From positions 512,001-576,000 of the forward strand of contig OY969927.1 of NCBI GenBank assembly GCA_963704655.1: a stretch of DNA of 64,000 nucleotides, read 5' to 3'. Below, piece by piece: positions 39,303-49,048 of the stretch. Numbering within the stretch: the first letter of the stretch is position 1; the number at the start of each line of letters is the position of its first letter. The position numbers were made by a program, and so were the translations under genes. The stretch is from an uncultured Candidatus Babeliaceae bacterium (GTDB taxonomy: Bacteria > Babelota > Babeliae > Babelales > Babelaceae). A model generated the notes under the pieces. That model saw nothing but the letters and a program-made list of their open reading frames with translations, had not been told where the DNA came from and ran no database searches.

Positions 39303-40586
39303 TCAATACAGTTGCAACGATGCAGATGACCATGATGGATATCCGCATTGCGCATATTCCGGCGTTAAGATTTTTTCTGTCTGCGTCATGCAATTATACA
39401 CAGCAATCTGTTCACGCGAGCCTTCAAGGCGAGTATAAACAATATAATTTCCACAGGGCGACCAGCAGGCATCGATTTTATTGCCGGACCCAAACGTTAA
39501 TTGTGTAATTTTTTTACCTTCAGAGTCACAACTATGCAGCTGTAAGACCCCTTTAACCGAGCGAGAAAAGATAATACGGTCAGATGCTTTATGCACATCT
39601 GGTGAAATGCAGTTGCCGGTGATAGGCAATTGATATTGTTTTTTTTCATGACGATCATATCGGTAAATTTTACTATTGCATGAAAAGATAATGTCCCCTG
39701 AACTTAATAACGATGGGCACCCGCACGTATTTTTTGCATCGGTAAGTTTTGTATGACGGCCTCTTCTATTTTTTTTATCAAATTCATACAACCACAAAAT
39801 ACCTGAACGTACATACACAAAGGTTGAATCGTCTTGTTGCGCGGTGCCAACGCATGTGCCACCAAGATCGATAATTGACCAACTGTGTCCATGAAGATCG
39901 ATACCCAAAAGCCGCACATTACTTGGCGTAAATTCTGAAACAGATAACCAAATTCTTTCATGACCACCATCGTCACGACGAGCAGGTTGTATATGGGACC
40001 ATTGCGGTGCAACTAAAATACGATTATCTTTTACCAATGTCTGCGTGGCACCATCAACAGGATCTAACATGCACAGTTCTGTTCTTTTTTTATTACGTAA
40101 TGTTGGGCTCTTTTTAATATAGGCTATTTTTGTTAAAAAATATGATGGGTGATTAAAAAGATGGCTGTATACTTGATCGGCAACTAAGCGCTGGGTCAGT
40201 TCAGGGCTACTGCTGCTCATATTTTTACCGAGTAACATAGTTGCATCAGTTACATCATACAGTCTAAAACTGACATGATCCTGAGTAGTGTGCTGTAAAA
40301 AAAGAATCACCGAAAAACCTTTACTCAAATAAGCAGTTATCTCGTTCTTAGTTGCTGGCGAAGAACCCACTGATAATTTAATCTCAAAAAGCCCGGTGCT
40401 ACTCAGTAATTTTTTTATTTCTTGTGCAACTGGTTGCATGACACTGTCTTCATAGACGAGTGCCATATGAACCGGCTCGCGCGTCTGTGGCTTTTCAATA
40501 ACCAACGGCTCACAAAACGCATAACTGATGAAAGTACACGAAACTATTAACGCTGTTAAAACTGTAGTAAACACTGCTTGCCCCAT
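39303..40586 (-). CDS. tolB: TolB-like beta-propeller protein
   Basis: TKIAYI, PQWS, SPD, ACWSPCG and YPSWS PD40-like repeats; follows tolQRA. Confidence 0.75.
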   Translation of the reverse strand: MGQAVFTTVLTALIVSCTFISYAFCEPLVIEKPQTREPVHMALVYEDSVMQPVAQEIKKLLSSTGLFEIKLSVGSSPATKNEITAYLSKGFSVILFLQHTTQDHVSFRLYDVTDATMLLGKNMSSSSPELTQRLVADQVYSHLFNHPSYFLTKIAYIKKSPTLRNKKRTELCMLDPVDGATQTLVKDNRILVAPQWSHIQPARRDDGGHERIWLSVSEFTPSNVRLLGIDLHGHSWSIIDLGGTCVGTAQQDDSTFVYVRSGILWLYEFDKKNRRGRHTKLTDAKNTCGCPSLLSSGDIIFSCNSKIYRYDRHEKKQYQLPITGNCISPDVHKASDRIIFSRSVKGVLQLHSCDSEGKKITQLTFGSGNKIDACWSPCGNYIVYTRLEGSREQIAVYNCMTQTEKILTPEYAQCGYPSWSSASLQLY

Positions 40587-41310
40587 ATACGTTTTGGAAG
40601 ATTACATTTTAATAAAGCACTTTTTGCTGAAATATCATACGCCGGAACACCTGAACTTTGTTGCACGACAACCTCTTGGCAGGCGCCCGTGGCCGATACC
40701 GTTATCATAATATGACACATAGCATCTGGATGTACGCCCATAGGCGGTTGCCACCAACGACGAATAGCGTCCACAATCTCAAATGTTTCCTGCTGTTCAT
40801 TAAACTCATGCACACTCAAAACCAGTGGTTCTTGTGAAACATTTCCAGCAACTATTTCTTTTTGCGCTTGAGGCGGCTCAATAACTTCTGGTTCTTGTGC
40901 CGGTTGCGGAGGTTGGTAGTTTGATGAGCTTTTTTCTTCTTTTTTTTTAGGCCTAAATCAATTTTTGAAAATTGATTAAGAGCACTAAATCGCTTTGCAG
41001 GTTCTTTTGCAGCAGGCTTTACTGGCGCAGGAACTGGTTTATTTTTTTTTACTGGCTCAATTTTAACCGGCGCTTCAGTTTTATGAGCAACTGTTTTTAC
41101 TGGCAAAGCCCGCTTGCTTGAAGAGCGCCATTTTATAATGACGTTATCTGCTTTTTGAAATGTTCGAATGTTAAGCACCATAGTGCTTACCGTCTTTGAC
41201 GTAACAAACAAAAGCGCTAAAAGCACACAGTGTGCACCTAAGACAAAAAGAAGGTGCTTAGTGAACTCCGCCTGAACCGGTGTGAGTTTTTTCTGTAGCA
41301 AACGCAACAT
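40556..41310 (-). CDS. tolA: TolA/TonB-like protein, frameshifted at an A9 run (40940-40948)
   Basis: N-terminal TM with His, Lys/Pro-rich linker, and a C-terminal domain (IRRWWQPP...QSSGVPAYDISA) in the -1 frame. Confidence 0.7.
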
Positions 41311-41701
41311 ACTGAATTTTCCCTATATTTTTTATTGCGTCAACAAGTTCTATTATAATGCCAAACTGTGCCCCTGCATCCGCCCGCACAACAACCGCAT
41401 CAACACCATTGTTTTCTGCAGCATAACGCAACTGTTGCAATAAATCGTGTTGTGTTACAAGCTCTTTATTAAGATATGTTTTACCCTGCGCGTCAATTGA
41501 AACAACCCACTCTTTTGGCTGTTCAGAAAAATTAACTTCACTCACTTGCCCTTTTGGCAACTCTACTTTAATACCATTTTGTATTAATGGTGTAGTTACC
41601 ATAAAGATAACAAGCAACGTAAGCGCGGTATCAATAAGAGGTGTAAGGTTTACCCGCGGCAATGTCTGGTTTCTCTGTTGACGATGTTTGGGTATGCGCA
41701 T
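41258..41701 (-). CDS. tolR: TolR/ExbD biopolymer transport protein
   Basis: NLTPLIDTALTLLVIFMVTTP and VVVRAD. Confidence 0.88.
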   Translation of the reverse strand: MRIPKHRQQRNQTLPRVNLTPLIDTALTLLVIFMVTTPLIQNGIKVELPKGQVSEVNFSEQPKEWVVSIDAQGKTYLNKELVTQHDLLQQLRYAAENNGVDAVVVRADAGAQFGIIIELVDAIKNIGKIQYVAFATEKTHTGSGGVH

Positions 41702-42383
41702 GAATAAACTCCTTTTGCCATAATTTTTTTGCTAACATTTCATAACGATCTGCAACCACCATTAAACTGTCTTCTAAACGACGTACTTTTGCAAGCAACG
41801 TGTAATACAAAACTACAACGGGTATCGCAACTAAAAGGCCCGCTAACGTGGTAATTAACGCTTCGGCAATACCGGGTGCTACCGTGACAATATCTGCAGA
41901 CTGCCGTTCACTGATACGGATAAATGAATGAATAAGGCCCCAAATGGTACCAAATAACCCCAGAAGTGTTGCTATTTCTGATGTCATAGAAAATATAGGA
42001 AGTGTCGCTGTTTCTTTTTTAACTAAATCATCATAGACCGTGTATAATTGTTCAGAAAATTGCTCTTTTTCTTGTTGGGATAATTCAGTTTTTGCAATCA
42101 AGCGTTCTTGTAATAACTCATATGCAGGCATTAAAAAAAGGCCTGAATAGGTATCTTTAAATGTCGAAACAGTAAGCTTGAGTTGATCAAGATTGTTTAC
42201 AGAAGCTAGTGCCGAACGTGTTTGAGAAAGTTGTTTTAGTTTTAAGCGTAACAAAAAATAACGTTGAAAAAAGATTGTCCAACAAATTACTGACAATCCA
42301 AATAAAATCAACAACACTGCTTTACTGATAGTGTCTGATTGAAAAATTAGTTGCGCTACTGCGTTGCCTGAAAATAAACTCAT
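41631..42383 (-). CDS. tolQ: TolQ/ExbB/MotA proton channel protein
   Basis: LLGLFGTIWGLI and VAPGIAEALITTLAGLLVAIP. Confidence 0.9.
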   Translation of the reverse strand: MSLFSGNAVAQLIFQSDTISKAVLLILFGLSVICWTIFFQRYFLLRLKLKQLSQTRSALASVNNLDQLKLTVSTFKDTYSGLFLMPAYELLQERLIAKTELSQQEKEQFSEQLYTVYDDLVKKETATLPIFSMTSEIATLLGLFGTIWGLIHSFIRISERQSADIVTVAPGIAEALITTLAGLLVAIPVVVLYYTLLAKVRRLEDSLMVVADRYEMLAKKLWQKEFIHAHTQTSSTEKPDIAAGKPYTSY

Positions 42384-42408
42384 AATTACCCCAATTTAAA
42401 CTTAGTTC

Positions 42409-42494
42409 TCGCTAACCCTTCGACACGCTCAGGATGAGCGAGTCTGGAATTCCACTGCCCGCCGCCGCTCGTGGTGAGCCAAGTCGAACCATGC
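42409..42494. repeat. Inverted pair of family A palindromic elements
   Basis: tcgctaacccttcgacacgctcaggatgagcg (31 of 32 identical to 62211-62242) and ccgctcgtggtgagccaagtcgaaccatgc. Confidence 0.8.
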
Positions 42495-42505
42495 AAGGCG
42501 CAAAT

Positions 42506-44005
42506 TTATTTTACCATACGTTGCACATAACGTAAAAGAGTTTCTTTTGTAGGATTTTGTTGTTCAATCTGATATTCATATACTTTATCCAAAGCGCGCC
42601 CTAACGCGGGCCCTTCAAAGCCCAAGGGCATAAGATCTGCACCGGTTAGAATCGGTTTTTCTGGCTCGTATAAGACACCGTATTCCTGAGCACGTGCAAT
42701 AAATTCATCGATCGCCGGCAACGGGCCAGACAGGGGTGAATATTTTTCTGGGTTTCTGCCAAGTTTGTCTGCATAGGCAAGTTGCGCAAGTATATATAAA
42801 TTTAAATCTGGCGCCAAAACTCTTGCTAATTTCTTATATGCTTTTGCCGTTGCGTTTTGAGATACGAAATGTCCCGGAGCCATATGATGGCGCACCAACA
42901 GCGCTACCTGATCAATTAATTTTTTGTTTCCCGTTAATCGTTTACATAATGCATGCGTAGGTTCAACTCCAGCAGCATCGTGCCCCAAGCTGCGCAGGCG
43001 ACCATCGATGATACGTGTTGTAGTTACTTTGCCAAGATCATGACATAGTGCCGAATAACATAATAACCGTCTATCTATATTACAATTCCCAATGGTTCGA
43101 CTTTGCTCACCATGAGCGGCTCTTATCTCCCCGCTTGTCTCGAGTGAAAATTCTGGAAGAATTTTAGTATCGAGAGAACAGCGGTATACTGCGCCGTCAA
43201 GTGCTTGCATACTATGCTCAAAAACATCGCCCTCTGGGTGCCAACTTTTTTCTTGTTCAATGCCAACCGTTGCTGCAAGTTCGGGTAAAACCTCTTGCAA
43301 GCGGCCGATATCTTTTAACCAATAAATTCCCAAAGATGGTCGTTTACTAAGCATGATTAATTTATCAAACTCAGCATGAATACGTTCAACTGAAATAGCA
43401 GAGATATCCATAGATTTACACACAGCATCAAGCTCATGATTTGGCCGCATTTCAAAGCGGGCAATAAACTGCATAACACGGTAAAAACGTAACGGATCCT
43501 GCACAAAAAAATGGGCATCGGGTGTTGCAAGAACTTTATTTTTTAAATCGGTATATCCACCAAATGGGTCGATTAATTCACCCGTTGCAAGATCTACCGC
43601 CATAGCGTTCATCGTCAAATCACGCCGCTTGAGCGCCTCAGTTATATTCATGGTTGGATCAACTTCAACAACCGGTTTTCTGCCAGAAGAATCACGGCGC
43701 GGAAGGGACCAATCAACGGGTAATGAACCAATGTTTACATTACTCACGCGAAAAACGCCAAAACTTTTCCCATCATAATGAACGGACCCGAATGTAGCCA
43801 ATATTTTTTCTAGCTGGTCACTGGTTATTCCATGAACTTCAATATCAAGATCATGTATCGGTAATTTTAAAAGAAAGTCACGCACAACACCACCAACAGC
43901 ATAAACCCGCGCATTATGTTGCAACAAACAATTGACAATATCGGTAATTATGGGCGAAACTCTTGTGGATACCGATGATAACAATAAGGATTTTTCTATG
44001 AACAT
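42506..44005 (-). CDS. cca: CCA-adding tRNA nucleotidyltransferase with HD domain
   Basis: VGGVVRD, DLDIE, RRDLTMNAMA, DPLR, HPEGDV and CHDLGK. Confidence 0.88.
   Translation of the reverse strand: MFIEKSLLLSSVSTRVSPIITDIVNCLLQHNARVYAVGGVVRDFLLKLPIHDLDIEVHGITSDQLEKILATFGSVHYDGKSFGVFRVSNVNIGSLPVDWSLPRRDSSGRKPVVEVDPTMNITEALKRRDLTMNAMAVDLATGELIDPFGGYTDLKNKVLATPDAHFFVQDPLRFYRVMQFIARFEMRPNHELDAVCKSMDISAISVERIHAEFDKLIMLSKRPSLGIYWLKDIGRLQEVLPELAATVGIEQEKSWHPEGDVFEHSMQALDGAVYRCSLDTKILPEFSLETSGEIRAAHGEQSRTIGNCNIDRRLLCYSALCHDLGKVTTTRIIDGRLRSLGHDAAGVEPTHALCKRLTGNKKLIDQVALLVRHHMAPGHFVSQNATAKAYKKLARVLAPDLNLYILAQLAYADKLGRNPEKYSPLSGPLPAIDEFIARAQEYGVLYEPEKPILTGADLMPLGFEGPALGRALDKVYEYQIEQQNPTKETLLRYVQRMVK
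43092..43177. repeat. Inverted pair of family A-like elements in-frame inside cca
   Basis: atggttcgactttgctcaccatgagcgg plus ccgcttgtctcgagtg...tatcgagaga; encodes SLDTKILPEFSLETSGEIRAAHGEQSRT. Confidence 0.75.
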
Positions 44006-44747
44006 ATATATAGCTATGGTTAGTATGGGGTGCTTTTTTTCTGCCTACGCATGGGAACTTACCGACATGCTGCCGGCGTCAATATTTCCACGCCATGAGT
44101 CTATTGTATCTCATGAATTTATTAAAGTAACAGAGCCTATCTCCTTTATGGTAACACAACAGCAGGGCATAGTTAAAGTAAAAGGGTGGGACAAAGAATC
44201 GGTCTCGATAGAGATCACCCAAAAAGGCACAAAAGAGGCCCTTGATAATACCGTTGTTACCGTAAATAAAGAAAAGCTACCCAAAGAAATTTCATGCACG
44301 GTAAGCCGCAAAGATGAAGGAAAATCATTAGCGCAGGTGACCATTAAAGCAAGCGTGCCCTTTAGTTGCGACCTGACGGTGCAATCACACAAAGGTCTTG
44401 TCAGAACAAAAAATCTGACACGCGCACAATCAATTTATGCTGATGATGGAAACGTTGAAGTGGTGCTCAATAAATTCTCAGTTGAAAGTTCACTTTTTAT
44501 TCATAACAAAAAAGGTTCTATCACCATTGAGGCACCCAAAAAAATTCAGGCACAACTTGCAGCATCAACATTACGCGGCACTATCACTTCTGAACTTTTT
44601 ATAACATTACAACCACACACCACGTTACTTGACAAAGACTATTGGCAACGGGTTAAAAAAGAAGTAAACGGATTTCTTGGCGACGGCGGCGCACCGATTA
44701 CCATCGAAGCTGAATATGGCGATATTAAGTTAGTCGCCAAAAAATAG
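43998..44747 (+). CDS. Secreted beta-strand repeat protein (DUF4097/adhesin-like)
   Basis: Signal peptide; GIVKVKGWD, GxVxV/GxI repeats and GDIKL. Confidence 0.65.
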   Translation: MNIYIAMVSMGCFFSAYAWELTDMLPASIFPRHESIVSHEFIKVTEPISFMVTQQQGIVKVKGWDKESVSIEITQKGTKEALDNTVVTVNKEKLPKEISCTVSRKDEGKSLAQVTIKASVPFSCDLTVQSHKGLVRTKNLTRAQSIYADDGNVEVVLNKFSVESSLFIHNKKGSITIEAPKKIQAQLAASTLRGTITSELFITLQPHTTLLDKDYWQRVKKEVNGFLGDGGAPITIEAEYGDIKLVAKK

Positions 44748-44758
44748 GATATTTTTTT

Positions 44759-46144
44759 ATGTTTCAAAGATATATGCTCTTTATCTTTTTAACACAAGCA
44801 CTGTACGCAGAAATTATTATCCGCCCTGCGCTAGAAGGTGATTTAGAAAACGTGATGCAGCTTGATCGTGAAATATCATGGGAATATTTTAAGCCGCTTT
44901 TTTTAGAGTATACCGGCTTGCCCTTGGCTGAAAACCCAGATACACTTCTTGAGGAAGATCTTGTCCCTGATCGTGAAATGTTTATTCATGCAATCAAGAA
45001 TACATGGTTATATATTGCTTGTGAGAATACAAAGATTATTGGGTTTATAGCTTTCAGTAGAGAACAAGCAACAGTTAATATCGATTTATTATTAGTGCAC
45101 AAAGATTATCGTAATAAAAAAGTTGGAAAGGGCTTGCTTAATACCGCACTTACTGCTTTTAACGATATAGAAACATGCACGTTAATTGTGTTAGATAAAA
45201 ATATCTCTGCACGCAAATTATATGAATCATACGGCTTTGTTCTACAAGAAATGCCCAACGATATCAAACAGCATTTTCCTGCGGAATATAATTATATTTA
45301 TCTTTTTTATACACTCAAACTACGTAAGCATAAGGCAGCTGCTCAAAGTCTAGAAGCCTATGAATATTGGCTTAACCAATTTGAAGGGGCGCGCTGTGAA
45401 AAGTCACCAACCATGACGTTTTGGCGCTCACCTATTAAAGATCCCGCACTTAATATAGTTACTCGATACACACCTGATGACCCAACAAAAATATCTTCAG
45501 ATATTGATGCTATCGCTTCTTGGGCGCGCACGAACCATACCCCCATCTCATGGATATTAGAGGAAAATATATATAAAAAAGATATCGAACAACATTTACA
45601 AAAACATGGCTTTACCCATGTACCATTAATGCTCATGGTACATGAATTACAACAAATACCAGACGCCGTATCTGATACAATAAAATGTATTTCGTCTGAA
45701 GATCTGCCAAATTGGCTGGAAGCATTTAATGACGCTTTTGGTGAATTATCACAAGCGTTAAAATCTGTTATGGAGTCTGATCTCATAAAACCAAATAAAG
45801 AGCCTTATAGCGAACATTATGGAGGATATCTCAATAACAAGTTGGTAACTACCGGCTCACTATTTATTACGCCAAATTATGCTGAGCTATCTGATATTGG
45901 CACCAGAAAAGAGGCACGCAATAAAGGCATGGCAACCATAATGGTAGTAACGCTATTAAACCGCGCCAAAAAATTGCAGGTTCCCTATGTCATTCTTACA
46001 GCAGAACAAGAAGCGCAAAATATTTATAAAAAAGCAGGCTTTGTCCCCGTCGCACGAGCAGATCGTTATATTTTAGAAAAGGAAAATAATGAGACTGATC
46101 AGATCACTCATAGCCATCTTATACATAAACGTTATCACGCTTAA
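44759..46144 (+). CDS. Tandem GNAT acetyltransferase domains
   Basis: VHKDYRNKKVGK...ARKLYESYGF and TRKEARNKGMA...IYKKAGF. Confidence 0.8.
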   Translation: MFQRYMLFIFLTQALYAEIIIRPALEGDLENVMQLDREISWEYFKPLFLEYTGLPLAENPDTLLEEDLVPDREMFIHAIKNTWLYIACENTKIIGFIAFSREQATVNIDLLLVHKDYRNKKVGKGLLNTALTAFNDIETCTLIVLDKNISARKLYESYGFVLQEMPNDIKQHFPAEYNYIYLFYTLKLRKHKAAAQSLEAYEYWLNQFEGARCEKSPTMTFWRSPIKDPALNIVTRYTPDDPTKISSDIDAIASWARTNHTPISWILEENIYKKDIEQHLQKHGFTHVPLMLMVHELQQIPDAVSDTIKCISSEDLPNWLEAFNDAFGELSQALKSVMESDLIKPNKEPYSEHYGGYLNNKLVTTGSLFITPNYAELSDIGTRKEARNKGMATIMVVTLLNRAKKLQVPYVILTAEQEAQNIYKKAGFVPVARADRYILEKENNETDQITHSHLIHKRYHA

Positions 46145-47357
46145 TGCGCAGTGGGATATTCTGTATTACTTTGATTCATCAGATGGATTAAGCCAAGCTG
46201 CTATAAAAAATATTACTGATCTTGTACGCGGTTATAATCAAAACCCAGACAAACAGGAACTGAACATCTATATTCAGCTTCACTGTCTTGATCAAGATGG
46301 GCCCATTGGTAAAGAAGCATTTCGTTATCGCGTTACCTCACAAGGCTTGGTTGTGTGTGACTCTGCACAATTAAGTTATGATTGCACACAAGATCTTATT
46401 GATGCTGCACGCTGGGCTTTTGAAAACAGTGCGCCTACTTCTCACACGATGATTATTTTTAGCAATCATGGCGGCGGCATTATCGACCCAATTTGGCATG
46501 AAACTGAATGTGGTGGCCATTGGGACGCGCAAGAGGACGCCCTTATGACAATGCATAAAAGCAAGAAAATTAACCGCCGGCACTATAAAGCGCTTATGAT
46601 GATGCGAGAACCACGGGTTTATTTAAGCATCGATGAACTTAATAAAGCGCTTGCAGTCATTACGCAAGAAATTCTCCCTCAAAAAAAGTTTGATATTATT
46701 GGCATGGACATGTGCTTAATGTCGATACTTGAAGTTATGTGGCACATTGCACCCTATGGAAAGTTTTATATAGCCTCTCAAGAAGCATCATCAAGTTACG
46801 GATGGGATTATTATCAGCTTTTTAAAAATATAACCGATACTATGCAAGCAAAAGATCTTGCAGATACTATTGTAACGACGTATGATCAATTTTATTCTGC
46901 ATTAGGCAGCGATGAACACACGCTTGCAGTTGTCGACCTTACTAAGATCGATACGGTGAAAAACAGCTTTGAAAAAGTTTGTGAAAGCTTACAAGAGTGC
47001 ATTACTATGCATGGTAATGCCCTGGTACAAGATATAAAAATTTTGCGGCCACAACTGTACTGTTTCCATTTAGTGCCAATGTACACGGACCTGCACCAAT
47101 TTTATTCGCGTCTAGAAAAACTTTTAGCTGAGTATGAGCAAACTGCTGAAAAAGATCTTTTAATTACTCGCATTAAGCATGCTAAAAATGCTATTGAACA
47201 ATCAGTATTAACACGATGCGCTGGTAGTAAACGTTCTGAAACGCGTGGGCTTTCGGTCTATTTTCCGCTTTCGCACATGGACACTTCGTATCCACCATCG
47301 CTATTTGCGCAAAGCTCACGTTGGCCAGAAATAATTACGAGTATTATACAGATTTAA
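46089..47357 (+). CDS. Clostripain-like cysteine peptidase (family C11)
   Basis: FSNHGGG (His), GMDMCLM (Cys), IASQE and GLSVYFP. Confidence 0.8.
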   Translation: MRLIRSLIAILYINVITLNAQWDILYYFDSSDGLSQAAIKNITDLVRGYNQNPDKQELNIYIQLHCLDQDGPIGKEAFRYRVTSQGLVVCDSAQLSYDCTQDLIDAARWAFENSAPTSHTMIIFSNHGGGIIDPIWHETECGGHWDAQEDALMTMHKSKKINRRHYKALMMMREPRVYLSIDELNKALAVITQEILPQKKFDIIGMDMCLMSILEVMWHIAPYGKFYIASQEASSSYGWDYYQLFKNITDTMQAKDLADTIVTTYDQFYSALGSDEHTLAVVDLTKIDTVKNSFEKVCESLQECITMHGNALVQDIKILRPQLYCFHLVPMYTDLHQFYSRLEKLLAEYEQTAEKDLLITRIKHAKNAIEQSVLTRCAGSKRSETRGLSVYFPLSHMDTSYPPSLFAQSSRWPEIITSIIQI

Positions 47358-47830
47358 CGTGAAGCACCCTCTAAGTGCTTTTTTGCGAATTTTTTAAGTC
47401 GTTTTTCAAACTGAGTAACCCTACATTTTTTCACATTACCAACCCATTGGTATATAGTATCATAAACATCTCTATACTCTGCATCATTTTCAGAAGTTGG
47501 GTCTTGTTCGATCATATACTTAAGAGCACCTTTAAATATTGCTTTTGAAGTTGCAGAAAGGTTGTCGGGCGACCCACCAGTTATAGAAGAGGAGATATAT
47601 TCATGCCAAGCCCAATCGGCAAGCTCCTTTTGTATTATATGAAAAGTGTCTGGAAAATGTAACGCATAAAGATAATCTGCTAATATCTCTCTATTATGAT
47701 GATGACCATTCATATGCTCACGGATATAGAATTTGTATGCGGGGATTAATACTTTATAATCATGCTTTGCATAACTGCATTCAAATGCTATAAAAACAAA
47801 AGTCGCAAAAACTAATTTGTTTATATTCAT
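47354..47830 (-). CDS. Hypothetical secreted protein, tandem family member 1
   Basis: DYKVLIPAY, EILADY, AIFKGAL and MIEQDPT. Confidence 0.7.
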   Translation of the reverse strand: MNINKLVFATFVFIAFECSYAKHDYKVLIPAYKFYIREHMNGHHHNREILADYLYALHFPDTFHIIQKELADWAWHEYISSSITGGSPDNLSATSKAIFKGALKYMIEQDPTSENDAEYRDVYDTIYQWVGNVKKCRVTQFEKRLKKFAKKHLEGASR

Positions 47831-47842
47831 AACATTCACATA

Positions 47843-48322
47843 TTAAAGATGGGCCCGCGCACAAGCAAACGCAAAAATACGCGCCTTCACCCCTTGTAAT
47901 GCTTCAACAGAAACAGGGCCAATATTTTGCAATCTCTCATTAATAATTTTTTGATATAAACTAGCTGTTGATCTGGTTGGATCTTCGTCAATCATAGTCT
48001 GTAAAGCCTCCTTAAATACCGCATTTGCATCAGGGGTAAAATAATTTTTGGGATAATCAATCTGAGCATAACATGCCAAGCGTACATTTTGAAAATTTTC
48101 TCGTCGACGCTTATCTCCATCCAACGCTTTAACCAGCACATAACGGGCTAAAACCACTTCGTTATCGCGGCTCTTTTGGTCACTGCAGCTGCGAGTCAAA
48201 ATTTCTAGGTATGCAGGAACTACCATTTTATAATCAACTTTATCGGGAGACATTGCATAAGTATTTTGATTTAAAAGAGCAATAACGCCAAACAATATCG
48301 TATATAATGTATTAATTTTCAT
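47843..48322 (-). CDS. Hypothetical secreted protein, tandem family member 2
   Basis: DYKMVVPAY, NEVVLARY, AVFKEAL and MIDEDPT. Confidence 0.7.
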   Translation of the reverse strand: MKINTLYTILFGVIALLNQNTYAMSPDKVDYKMVVPAYLEILTRSCSDQKSRDNEVVLARYVLVKALDGDKRRRENFQNVRLACYAQIDYPKNYFTPDANAVFKEALQTMIDEDPTRSTASLYQKIINERLQNIGPVSVEALQGVKARIFAFACARAHL

Positions 48323-48341
48323 AGATTCAGTCTATATTTTT

Positions 48342-48869
48342 TTAAAGATTTTCTAACAATATTAAAGATTTCCCGAATAATGTAATTCTATTTTTAATAC
48401 CATCTAATTCAGCCTCAGGAACAGGCGGAAATTCACTATATATTTGATCGAGTAAACTTGCATAGCAACTCGTATCCAAATCGTCATCACAGTTATTAAG
48501 AGCTTGTTGTAAAGCAACTTTAAGTACAGAACCTGTAGTAACTGAAAATTTCGGTACCACATCCCCATTTCCATCAGCAACATGTTCGCAAAGAGCACTG
48601 TATGCATTAGCTTTGTGCATGCAAGCGCTCTTATGCGGCACATTCAAAGCCAAAAAATAGCGCGCTAAAATTACTTCATTAAAAGCTTTATCACGAGTAA
48701 GTTTCTTATCCTTTGTCACATACTTTATATATACAGGGACAACCGTTGCATAATCAATCTCAAATAAGTTTTCTGCATAATCAATCTCAAATAAGTTTTC
48801 TGTTGAATGGCTCGGATTAACAAAGAGTAAACCCGCTAGAAACACAATAAATACTCTACTATTATTCAT
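48342..48869 (-). CDS. Hypothetical secreted protein, tandem family member 3
   Basis: DYATVVPVY, NEVILARY and SVLKVAL. Confidence 0.7.
   Translation of the reverse strand: MNNSRVFIVFLAGLLFVNPSHSTENLFEIDYAENLFEIDYATVVPVYIKYVTKDKKLTRDKAFNEVILARYFLALNVPHKSACMHKANAYSALCEHVADGNGDVVPKFSVTTGSVLKVALQQALNNCDDDLDTSCYASLLDQIYSEFPPVPEAELDGIKNRITLFGKSLILLENL
48747..48800. repeat. Perfect 27-bp tandem duplication (ENLFEIDYA x2)
   Basis: tgcataatcaatctcaaataagttttc repeated twice. Confidence 0.9.
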
Positions 48870-49048
48870 AGCTATATAACTTTTTTTTTAATTTAAAAAA
48901 TCACCATTTTTATCTTAATAAACTATACAAACTATAAAAACAAAGTCAAACAAGCCATTCTGCAAGCATGGCTTGCTTACCGAATAAAAAATTTCTATAG
49001 TAACCAAAGAGAGTTTAACAATTTTTTTATAAAAACGGAGAAATAACC

